Assembly: GCF_009914755.1 (NCBI RefSeq)
Contig: NC_060933.1
DNA: 64,000 nucleotides
From: the human T2T-CHM13v2.0 reference genome, Homo sapiens
Strand: one strand, 5' to 3'
Numbering within the stretch: position 1 is the stretch's first letter; the number at the start of each line of letters is the position of its first letter. Shown one piece after another: positions 33,316-54,734 of this stretch. The notes below the pieces were generated by a model. The model was not told the origin of the DNA, searched no databases, and saw nothing but the letters and a program-made list of their open reading frames with translations. The translations under genes and the position numbers were made by a program.

Positions 33316-33321
33316 TTTATT
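33316..33321 (-). terminator. Candidate polyadenylation signal (AATAAA) for TAF1L
   Basis: tttatt on + = AATAAA on -, about 980 nt downstream of the TAF1L stop; usage not demonstrated. Confidence 0.35.
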
Positions 33322-33841
33322 AACATGTTTTGAATTCCACTTCCCCTCCCCCAACTCGATGGTGAGCTCTTTGGGTAAAAGGGATTTGTCTTATTTACCT
33401 TTGCATCCCAAGGATCTGACAGAGTGCTTATCGTGAAAAGGAGATGCTCAGTAACATATCTGTTGAGGGTTTTATGATTCTAGGAACATTTGCTGAGTAC
33501 CTACTATGCACAGAACCGTATCCTAAGCATGAAAAGAAACACAAGACACAGTCTTTGCCCTAAGAAACTTACCATTTTCCTACCATTTCCCCTGGTGGGG
33601 AGGGACAGAAAACATTTAGATGGCAACATTTTCATTTCTGACATATAGGCTGTTTCAAAATTTATGGTAATTTGCCTCAAATCCATATAGGAACGAGGCA
33701 TTGTATAATTAAATAAACAATAAAATAATGGGCGGTTTGTCACATAGGTTTAAGTGTAGCAGAGTCCACTAGAACCCAATTCTCTGTCCCAGCAGGAGGG
33801 CTCTCATCTGTTCCAGCCTGTAAATTAGAAAAGTGAGATGA

Positions 33842-34150
<309 letters not shown>

Positions 34151-34159
34151 GGAAATTTC

Positions 34160-40203
<6,044 letters not shown>

Positions 40204-40213
40204 TGTTTGCTGG

Positions 40214-40500
40214 TTTTTGAGACAAAGTCTTGCTCTGTCGCCCCAGGCTGGCGTGCAGTGGCACAATCTCGGCTCACTGAAACCTCCACCTCAGGAGTTC
40301 AAGAGATTCCTGCCTCAGCCTCCACAGTAGCTGGGATTACAGGCATGAGCCACCATGCCTGGCTAATTTTTTGTATTTTTAGTGGAGACAAGATTTCACC
40401 ATATTGGCCAGGCTAGTCTTAAACTCCTGACCTCAGATGGTCAGCCCGTCTCTGTCTCCGAAAGTGCTGGGATTACAGGCGTGAGCCACTGCACCCAGCC
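40214..40500 (-). mobile_element. AluS in tandem with the previous Alu
   Basis: Reverse Alu with a short tail. Confidence 0.9.
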
Positions 40501-43700
<3,200 letters not shown>

Positions 43701-44289
43701 CTTCACAAAGGATTTTACTTTTTTTCACCTTTAAGACACCTGAGTATATTAGCAGTCTGGAACCAATATTTGAGGGTTTGGCAGGCTAGAGTAAAATCCA
43801 TAAACCATGCTTCCAGGTTGCAGTCTTTGTCTCAAGCCAGAGCAAAAGATACTATATTAGGGCCTCTGTCTTTGAGGGAGATGAACACCAGTTCCTAAAC
43901 TTGCATGCATCTGAGTAATCAAAAGCTTAGCTCTGTGTCTGCTGCTTCCAGTCCATTGCCAAAAAGCCTCAAAGCCAAAATGGCAGGCCTTGTGGTTCCA
44001 GGATACACAGTGGGTGATTTCCCAAGATCTCAGTGAAGCTCTGCCTCAGCTTCCTTTTAACTATCAGCAAATCCTCCTTTCCAAAGAGATGTTGTTTCAC
44101 CTCTTTGAGCTCTAATTGTTGTCTTAATTCCTTACTATCTTGTTAGATTCTAATGTTTGTAAGAAAGTGTGTGTCTGTGTGTGTGTTTTGTTCCACTTTT
44201 AAAATTGTCTTCAAGTGGGAGATTTGATTGAAATCATCTGCTCTGCTAGCCCTGGAATCTGGAATATGGGCTAATATCTTAATGGGGGA

Positions 44290-45372
44290 GACCAAAAATA
44301 AATAAACAAGTAAATACATATTATGTCAGGTGGTGATAAGTGCTATTGCGAAAACTAAGGCAGAATAAGGGAGATAGGAATGCCATGGGTGAGGGAAAAA
44401 GTTGTCAGGGAAGATCCTTCTGAAATTATGACATTTGAGTGAATAGCTATGAAAAGTGAGAGAGGTAATTGTTCTATGTAACTTTGGGGGCAGTGTGTGT
44501 GCAAGAGGGTAGGTGGCAAGAGATAAAATGATGAGGTGAGGGGGTAGCTGAGGGCAAAATTATATAGGGCCTTGCAGGTCATTACTGTTTCAGAATTTTA
44601 CTGTGAGTGAAAGAAGGAGCCATTAAAAGTTTTGAGCAAAAGAATGACTTGATCTTACCTGCATTTGAAATAGATAACTCTGGCCTCTATGTTGAAAACT
44701 GATTGTAATGAGGTAAAAGAAGAAGTGGGTCCAGCTGGGAAGTTATTAAAATAATTCTGGTGAGAGAGTGAGATACGACGGAAGCATGGACCAAGATAGT
44801 AGCAACAGAGGTGGTGAAAGTGTTCAGATTTTTAATACATAGTATTTTGAAGGTAAAGTCAACAGGATTTACTGATGAACTGGATATGTGGTGTCAGAGA
44901 AAGACAGGAGATAAGGTTTTAGCCTGGGCAACTAGACGGACAGAGAAACCATTTCCTGAGATGTAGAAGACTGTATAAAGAGAAGACAACAGCAGAGACA
45001 TGGGGGATGTTAGTGGAGAGTCAGGAGTTTGATTTTGGACAGGTTAATTTTAAGATTCCCTATTAGATAGATTTCAACTGGAGATTTCAGTAGAGGCCGA
45101 GTACAAGTCTACAAGTTAGGAAAATAGGTCAGGGCTAGAATTATAAATTTGAGGCTCATTGGTATATAAATGCTTTCAAAGCTTAGGGACTGTGAATGGT
45201 GTTACCTAAGGAGTAAGTAAAGACAAAGAAATAAAAAGATTTTAGGGCTAAACTCTGCAGTGTTCTAATACTCAGCAATCAGTAGATAAGAAGGACCTGA
45301 ACAGCCAGTGGCATAGAAGGAGAACGAAGAGAAAGTGATGCTTCAAGCCAAGTGAAGAAAGTGATTAAAAAA
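44290..45372 (-). mobile_element. L2 fragment
   Basis: aaataaacaagtaaatac...ggtgataagtgcta..., ttttgaaggtaaagtcaacaggatttactgatgaactggatatgtgg, aagccaagtgaagaaagtg. Confidence 0.75.
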
Positions 45373-45385
45373 TGAAGCGTGGTCT

Positions 45386-45672
<287 letters not shown>

Positions 45673-45674
45673 GA

Positions 45675-45767
45675 AAAGGGAAGGGAAGGGGAGGGGACAG
45701 GAGGGGAAGGGAGGGGACAGGATAGGAGGGGAGGGAACGGGAGGGGAGGGGAGGGGAGGGGAGGGGG
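45675..45767 (+). repeat. (GGGGA)n-like purine repeat
   Basis: Directly visible multiple G3-G5 runs. Confidence 0.9.
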
Positions 45768-46699
45768 TGTTGTCAACCAACAGTTGCTGAAAGTGCAAGT
45801 AAAGCCATGGATTGAGCAATAGTGAGGCCAAATTTTAGAAAAGTAAATCTAAGGAATAAACAGCATTTGAAAACATTGGCATTAAAATGACATTTGTTCT
45901 TTTGAGTAAAATTTAAGAAAAAGAATTATAATGGGACCCTCTGGGCAACAGCAAATAACAGCCTTCTTTGGTATCAACTTGATAGACAGAAGTATCTCCC
46001 CACCCCTGCCGTGAAAAATGCTCAACAGTTTGTCACTTTATTTGCAGTATTATTTCTTTAGTCTCAGAAATAGCTTTGTACCCTTTGACTTCTAGATTAT
46101 TTTTTATTTTTCATTTTTTCATATTTCATCAAATACTTTCATATATGATGATATGGTGGCAGGTGGGTATTAGGTAACTTTTGAGCTCTTATACAAAACA
46201 AAAGAAACATTTGGAATCTTCAAAGAATACAAACAAGCTTGCATGTCTACAAATTCTGAAACATTTTCCCAAATAATAACACATTAATAAAACCTTAAGT
46301 ACTTTAATTATTTCTAAATTTTATATATATATATCCAATTAGTTCTTTCAGTCTTTGTTTTAAACATAATTTATTTTCTCCACAGAAAACATTTATTTTT
46401 TAGTTATCATACAGAATGGGAAATTCAATTTTCTTTCATCAAAATGATTTCCTGATGTCGTTCAATTTAAAAATTTTAATATGACATTAAATATGTTTAA
46501 ACTACTTAGGATAGTTAAAATTAGAAATTGTTTCATTTTCATTTTTTATTTTTTTAAATAAGAAAAAGCATTTTATGGTGTGAATATTTTTGAGTGCATT
46601 CATATGAACATAGAAAAAATATAAACATTAAACTGCCATTTCTTGTTTTGAGGAAGGAATGATAGTGGGAATGAGAGTCATGGGAAAGGAGAACATTGT

Positions 46700-47872
46700 T
46701 GGTTTTTCTTTTTTATAACTTTTATTTTAGGTTTTGGGGTACATGTGAAGGTTTGTTATATAGGTAAATGTGTCACAGGGGTTTGTTGTACAAATTATTT
46801 CATCACCCATGCATTAAGCTATTACCCAATAGTTATTTTTTCTGCTCTTCTCCCTCCTCCCACCCTTCACTCTCAGGTAGACTACAGTGTACAGCATCTG
46901 TTGTTCCCTTCTTTGTGTTCATAAATTCTCATCGTTTAGCTACCACTTGTAAGTGAGAACATGCAGTATTTGGTTTTCTGTTGCTGCATTAGTTTCCTAA
47001 GGATAATTGCCTCCGGCTCCATCCATGTTCCTGCAAAAAACATGATCTTGTTCTTTTCTATGGCAGCATAGTATTTCATGGTGTATATGTACCACATTTT
47101 CTTTATCCAATCTGTCATTGATGGGCATTTAGGTTGATTCCATGTCTTTGTTATTGTGCATATTCCTGCAATGAACATTCATGTGCGTGTGTCTTTATAG
47201 TAGAACGATTTATATTTCTTTGGGTACATACCCAGTAATGGGATAGCTGGGTCGAATGGTAGTTCTGCTGTTAGCTCTTTGAGGAATCACCACACTGCTT
47301 TCCACAATTTAAACTCCCACCAACAGTGTATAAGTGTTCCCTTTTCTCTGCAACCTTGCCGGCATGTTATTTTTTGACTTTTTATTATAGCCATTCTGAC
47401 TGGTGTGAGATGCTATTTCATTGTGGTTTTAATGAGCATTTCTCTAATGAATGGTGATATTGATCTTTTTTCATATGCTTGCTGGCTGCATGTATGTCTT
47501 CTTTTGAAAAGTGTCTGTTCATGTCTTTTGCCCACTTTTTAATGGGGTTGTTTGTTTTTCTCTTGTAAATTTGTTTAAGTTTCTTATAGATGATGAATAG
47601 TAGACTTTTGTCACATGCATAGTTTGCAGATGCTTTCTCCCATTCTGTAGATTGTGTGTTTACTCTGTGGATAGTTTCTCTTACTGTGCAGAAGCTCTTA
47701 ATTAGATCCCATTTGTCAATTTTTACTTCAGTTGTGTTTGCTTTTGGTGTCTTTGTCATGAAATCTTTGCCAGTTCCTGTGTCCAGGATGGTATTGCCTA
47801 GGTTGTCTTCTAGGGTTTTTACAGTTTTGGGTTTTACATTTAAGTCTTTAATCCATTTTCGGTTGATTTTCC
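46700..47872 (-). mobile_element. 5'-truncated L1PA13-16/L1PREC2-type element
   Basis: ORF2 C-terminal peptides ([12 protein letters not shown]..., TWNQPKCPSMTDWIKKMWYIYTM) plus 3' UTR and a T-rich tail at ~46700-46730. Confidence 0.92.
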
Positions 47873-48479
47873 ATGAAGCAAAATAATACTTGCTTCATGG
47901 GATCATTACGATTTTATAGGGCCAAGCATTGAGTAGGTGCTGAATAAAAGAAAAGTATTCATCATCACCATCGTTATCATCATCATTGTTCAATGATCTC
48001 CAAAATAAAGTAGTTAAAAAAGTTAAGCTAGGGTAAGCACTATCATTACCAAAGGTTAGGATTTGGTTTTACAGGAAATATATTTATTTATATTAAGAGT
48101 TTAACAATAAAACCCACGAAGGGGAAAAGGAGGGAAGATTCATTGCATTCCCTGTACTGGATAACAGGTATTTTTACACACATCTTTTAGTTAAACCTGA
48201 CAAACCTTTCTTTAGTTAAATCCCAGAAAGGAGGTAGTATATGCCCATTTTATAGATGGAAATTGAATCTCAGAAGGACTAAGTGATTTGGCCAAGATCA
48301 CATAGCTGTTAACTGGTAGAAGTGAATCAGCTTCACTTCTTTTGACTCCAAATTTCATACTAAACTTCAAACTTACAGTCACTTTGGAGGCTATTGAAAT
48401 TGGACCACCCACTCTCATCTAGTCTAGATCTAAATCCAAAGCTTGTGGGTGGCATAGGCTTTCACAGCCCTCAGGTTTT

Positions 48480-48813
48480 CTTGTTTGGTTGGTTGGTTGG
48501 TTTTTGGAGATGGAGTCTTGCTCTGTTGCCTAGGCTGGACTGGAGTGCAGTAGCTCAATATAGGTTCACTGCAACTTCCGCCTCCCGGGTTCAAGCAATT
48601 CTCCTGCCTCAGCCTCCCAAGTAGCTGGGACTACAGGCGCCCACCACCATGCCTGGCTAATTTTTTTTTTTTTTTTTTTTTTTTTTTTGTATTTAGTAGA
48701 GCCAGGGTTTCACCATGTTGCCCAGGCTGGTCTCAAACTCCTGAGCTCAGGGTATCCTCCTGCCTCGGTCTCCCAAAGTGCTGGGATTACAGGCATAAGC
48801 CACCATGCCTGGC
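48480..48813 (-). mobile_element. AluS
   Basis: Reverse Alu with an expanded T linker and TSD-like agccctcag. Confidence 0.9.
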
Positions 48814-49608
48814 TATAGCCCTCAGCTTTTATTCACTCTTTCATCCACATCCTAACCACACCAAAGGAACCCCATAATTTGGAGGGCTAGTGACCACTCC
48901 TGCTGCCTGCACAGAGCTTAGCTGTGCCAGCCCTTCTCTGCATGGAGTTGGAACATTCCTTTCCCTGGACAGTTCCCTTCCTTAGCTGGCAAATTAGATG
49001 GAGCTGGGCCTGGGCCGACTGTACCTCCTGTGTTCCCATGGATGCAGTCACGCTCATTTCCAGTCAACCTTGGGTTGAAGAAGTTGCCTGACTCAGCAAG
49101 TCTGGCATTTCCTCCTACACAGTTCTTTCCAGCTTGTTGGCAATGGTATCCAGGAGTGGCTGGAGAATTCTGATAACAGCTTACTGGTTGGATTCCAGGG
49201 GAGTAGCTCTGGTTCTGCTGAAGACTCACTGGAAGGTGGAGAATTACTGCCAAAGGAAGTTAATGATGACCACTCCAGAAACTTTGACTACCTCTGTGGA
49301 TGCCTTCACAACTGTTTAAAGCATCACCCTGGGGCTGAGACACCAGAAAATGAAACAAACTCCATAAATAGAAATTAACAATCAGTCTGTGACCCACTTA
49401 AGTAGATGTTACATCTCCTGCCAAAGGCCTGCCAGACAGTGTACCCTGAGTTAATGGCTTGGTGCCTTCGTTTTCATCACTCTCATGTGGAAATTAAACA
49501 ATTGTCTCCTAATTCCCTTGTAGGACCGTGCCCTCTTCTTTTCTGACCTCCATTCATGGTAGCTTTTTTTTTTTTTTTTAACTACGGAACTACTTCATAA
49601 AACACAGC

Positions 49609-49917
<309 letters not shown>

Positions 49918-50162
49918 CATAAAACACAGCCAGTACAGAACTGCAAAAGGTGTCCGACTCAAGCAATTGTGGGTATTGGCACGTGAAAGTTATACTTACC
50001 ATGCAATATCAAAGTTGTGAAACTCGAGTGAAGACATTATGTTTTTCTGTATTCTGTAAGCAATATTTGGCACACTCAGGGATTCACAAATCCTCTTTCA
50101 AGACCTTCCAAGATTGAGATTTAATTAACTTTTTATAGTTACATCTCCTTTATTATTTAACC

Positions 50163-50460
50163 TATGGTCTTGTCTAATAGAAATGTAGTATGAGGCACAT
50201 GTCATTTTAAAGTTTCTAGTAGCTACCTTAAAAACATTATGTAAATTAATTTTAATAATACACATTAACCCAATCTATCCAAAATATTAAACATGTAATC
50301 AATATAAAAAATTATTAATGAGATGTTACATTCTTTCATACTAAGTCTTCAAAATCTGGCTATAAGAGGTACACTTACAGCACCTCTTAATTGGAACTAG
50401 CTGTTTCAAGTGATCAATAGTCTCATTTAATCAGTGGTTACCTTATTAGACAGTACAGCT
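50163..50460. mobile_element. MER33/MER3-type (hAT-Charlie) DNA transposon
   Basis: ttgtctaatagaaatgtagtatgaggcacatgtcattttaaagtttctagtagc...tggttaccttattagacagtacag. Confidence 0.75.
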
Positions 50461-50699
50461 CTATTCAAATATGTTGAAATTAAAAATAAATAGGCAAGTA
50501 GTATTATTAAATGAATAACTTCTCCAGAGGAAAGTAAACAGAGCGATTTAAGATATTGTTTCTGTTGCATACATTTTGCTTCCTAATAAGACATGTAGAG
50601 ATTCAATAGTAGCTGCTGGTGCATGAAATAGATAACTTAGAGGTGAAGAGCCTGGCTTTGAGCCAGACAGACCAACCACTAAAATTTTGGCCCTGCTCA

Positions 50700-51088
<389 letters not shown>

Positions 51089-52614
51089 CTATAAACAATT
51101 CACCCCACTTGAGTCTGATATTGAGGGAAGTAGAAACTGAATGAGGAAGATGCCCAAATTGTGGAATGTCTTTAAGGCATAGAGCTTTATAAACTAAGTG
51201 TGCTGCCAAGAGAAGGATTATTTAAATGAACTGGTGAGAATGACAAGTGGAATGGGAAAAGAATGGAAGGGTACATAAAGGATGCATTACTTCCGAGATC
51301 CTTTCTCATTCTGATGTTTTATAATTTCATATTTTATATCAACTTAAAATGGATAATTTTGAAGTGCTTTGCAAATGTTTATTGTTTTAAAGTAACTATT
51401 CAACCTTAAATTTTGTCTGTGTTACAAATTTAGGAGGTGTAAATTTTAAGTGCCTATGCCTGATGAGGAGCAGTTGCAAGTTTCTGGGATTCAAATAAAA
51501 GAAGATCCTTACTTATTTGCAGGTAGTTCACAGAGTGACCCAGAACACTGGCTTTGGATTCTGAAATATCCAAGTTCTTGTTCAGCTCTCCCAGTTTTGG
51601 AATTGTCACTTTGGGTAAAGTCTCATAAACTCTACATATCATCTGCATGATGGAGATAATAATAGTACCTATCACGCAAGATTGGTGAAATAATTTACTT
51701 AGATGATGTGCAAAGCTCCTGTAAAATTTTCCATACATTTTAGTGGTTATATCTTGTTACTTTACAGTTCTGATCATTCTAATGCAGCCATTCCCATTTA
51801 GTAAAATCTTCGGAATGGCTTCTTCATGATGGTGGGAAATTTCCCTTTTACCAACAGCCAAATAAATGGCTACATGAAATAATATTTCTTCCGTCTTCAC
51901 AGGGCTCCCTCCTAAAACAGCCACTTAGGAACAAGAGCCACTGAAAAGTGATGGATGTGCTCCCTTGACAACCCATAGCAGGAACCAGCTTGTGTAGCAG
52001 TGACACTGCAAACTAAGGAAGCAGAAGCCAGATACATGCATCCCTTGCCAGGGGGCTCCCAGTGGAGTCTTGTAGACTATGTTACAGTGTGCCGTGGCTC
52101 CAATTCAATTCTAAGCTCTAGTTGTGTGACTAAAAGCCTAAAGGAGAAAAAGGAAAACAAGCCTCAAAGTCCTGCCTGCTTCTGTCTTCTGGCAAGAAAC
52201 TATGGCTATACATCCAGGAGGGCTGGAAGGGCTGAGTGGCATTATCATTTTGTAACTCTCTTACTCACCAAAAACACAGGAGAGGTTTTCAAATGAATGT
52301 ATATTCATGAGGAATATTTTTTAAAGACAGTAGAAAGAATTTTTTTAAAAAGCAGCATCATCACAAGGCCTATTGGTTATCTCTGTTCAGCAACACACAT
52401 TTAGGGGTCATGTCAGAAAATGGTATATGCTCAAAGGATCTGCCTTCCTTTAGGTCACACCTTTACATCATCCACTTATTCTGGAAACAATATTGTTCGT
52501 TCCCATGGGCTGCTTAAGATTTCTACGATATCACACTGACCAGAATACTTTGATAAGTTCCATTGCTCAGGATCCTGGATTTTTGACTGGTCAAGCCCCA
52601 TCCAAGGAACTGCA

Positions 52615-52870
52615 GCACAAAATAGATGACTTAGAGGTCAAGAGCCTGGCTTTGAGCCAAAGAGACCAATCATTAGAATTTTGGCCCTGCTCGTTACTAC
52701 CTTGTGATTTTGACAAATTACTTTTCTTTCTAAGCCTCAGTTTCTTCTTCTATAAACAAAGGCCAGAAAGATACCTACTTCATAGGATTGTTACTAGGAT
52801 CAAATGAGAATGCCTATAAAGTGCTTAGCATAGTGCCTGGCACATCGTAAGATTTCAATAAACGTTAAAT
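52615..52870 (+). mobile_element. MIR
   Basis: MIR core and 3' end (taagcctcagtttcttcttctataaac...aaagtgcttagcatagtgcctggcacatcgtaagatttcaataaacgtta). Confidence 0.8.
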
Positions 52871-53619
52871 GCTTTCCCATGCAAAACTGGTGGAAATGTC
52901 TTTTTTGTTTCCAGGGCCTCTGTTCCTCTAGAGAATTGTCAAGTGATAAGAATCTATCCAGTACCAACAAGCTACACAACCAGAGCAAGACTGAAACAAG
53001 TCCATTTACCTGGCTCCACACAAAGCTCCTGTAGAATAAAAATACCTGTGACTAAAGAAGCATGGAATGTTAGTATGGGAAGGGCCTTTAGAGACCATTT
53101 AGTCCAATCTTTTATTTTCCAAAAAATAAGGATAAACAAAACTTCTGAGAGATAAAGAAACTTGATCCGTGTGAAGAGCTAGTTAGGGGTAGGGCCATGG
53201 TTCAAATCCAGATTTTTTGACCCTTAATCCTGTGACCTGATGAGCTCAATTGCTTTGGTGGTTAGAACAGGTGAAATGGCAGGGCATGAATGACCAAGGG
53301 GAAAGCCTCCTAAATGTCTAAGTCATCTCATTAAGCACTAATTTGTGATTCCATGATTGTATTACAATATGCTCTCTCAATAGCAAATAGAGAGCAAGTG
53401 ATTACAAGATGCCACCTTAAAAGAAATCCTCCACTTCATAGGCCCTGCAAACCATCATCATCATGGTGAGTTTGCCTAAACACATTTGATATTGAACCAT
53501 AATGTGTGAAACAATTCATCAAATGCTTGCAACCATTTATGCCAAAGAATTGGGGGGAAATCATAGAAATCTATACTGTGAACTGTAAGCCAATGGCATT
53601 TATGGCAAGTGAAATGTCA

Positions 53620-54115
53620 TGCTAGACAGTCTCTACAATGACACCCAATAATCCCTACTTCCTGGTATTCATATCATTGAGTAATCTCCTCCCCTAGAGT
53701 TTGGGCTGGATGTATGCACTTGCTTCTAACAAATAGAATACAGCAGAAGTGATAGGATGTCAATTGTGAGATCAGGTTATAAAAAGACTGTGGCTTCCAC
53801 ATTTGGCACTCTTTTTCACTCTCCTTTAGTTTGCCTATTTGGGGGAAACCATCTGCCATGTCATAAAGTAGCCCCATGGATAAGCGCATGTGAGTAAGGT
53901 TGGAAGCAGACCTTCTGAGGCCTGCCTATAACCATGTGAGTGAGATCAGAAGCAGTTTTTTCAGCCCCAGTCAAGTCTTGAGATGACTGATAGTTTGACT
54001 GCAACCTTGTGAGATACCTTAGGCCAAATGGTACCCAGCTAAGCTGCTCCCAGATGCATTACCCATAGAAATTATGATATAATAAATTTTAGGGTAACTT
54101 GCAATAGATAACACA
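53620..54115. mobile_element. MLT1-type LTR
   Basis: cttgcttctaacaaatagaatacagcagaagtgataggatgtca..., cccagctaagctgctcccagat...gcaatagataacac. Confidence 0.75.
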
Positions 54116-54734
54116 AAATGCAGATAGGATTGGGATATAGCAACCCTGAGCACAGGGCTTGATGTCGTGGTCCCCCAAAAAGCAAATATTTTTGTTCTTA
54201 TTATGGACAGTCCAGAAAAACAGTATTCATTTTCTGTGAGACTTCTCCAAGGTTCTACAAAAATCAAATAAATATACTTGTGGATGATCTCAGTGCTATT
54301 ATCTGGATTGTGAAAGTGGGAAAGTTCAGTTTATTGCTATCCTTGGTGCCTGGCAAATCTTGGCTCTCTATAAATATTCTTGAATGAATGAATGAATGAA
54401 TGATATCTCCCAATGGCATAACTGGTTCTGCACCAGTCTTATGGGAATACTATTTTTAAAATATCTTCCATTATGTCCTCTGTAATTTCTTAGTAATTCA
54501 GGTGTTATTTTTCTTTCCCTTGTATCCCATCTGCTTTAAAGGTAAGCCAAGAGTCATTTTGCTCTAGTGAAGGAAGGGATGGGTGCTATCTTGAAAAGAA
54601 ATCTTCTTTTTTAGTTCCATAGCAAGACAGAGTTGAAAGCCAGATACTGATGAGAGAGAACATTTTTAAAATAAATTCCCAAATCTCCTTTTTTATGTAT
54701 AAGTCGTGCATATCTGTATGAAAATGCAGTTTTC

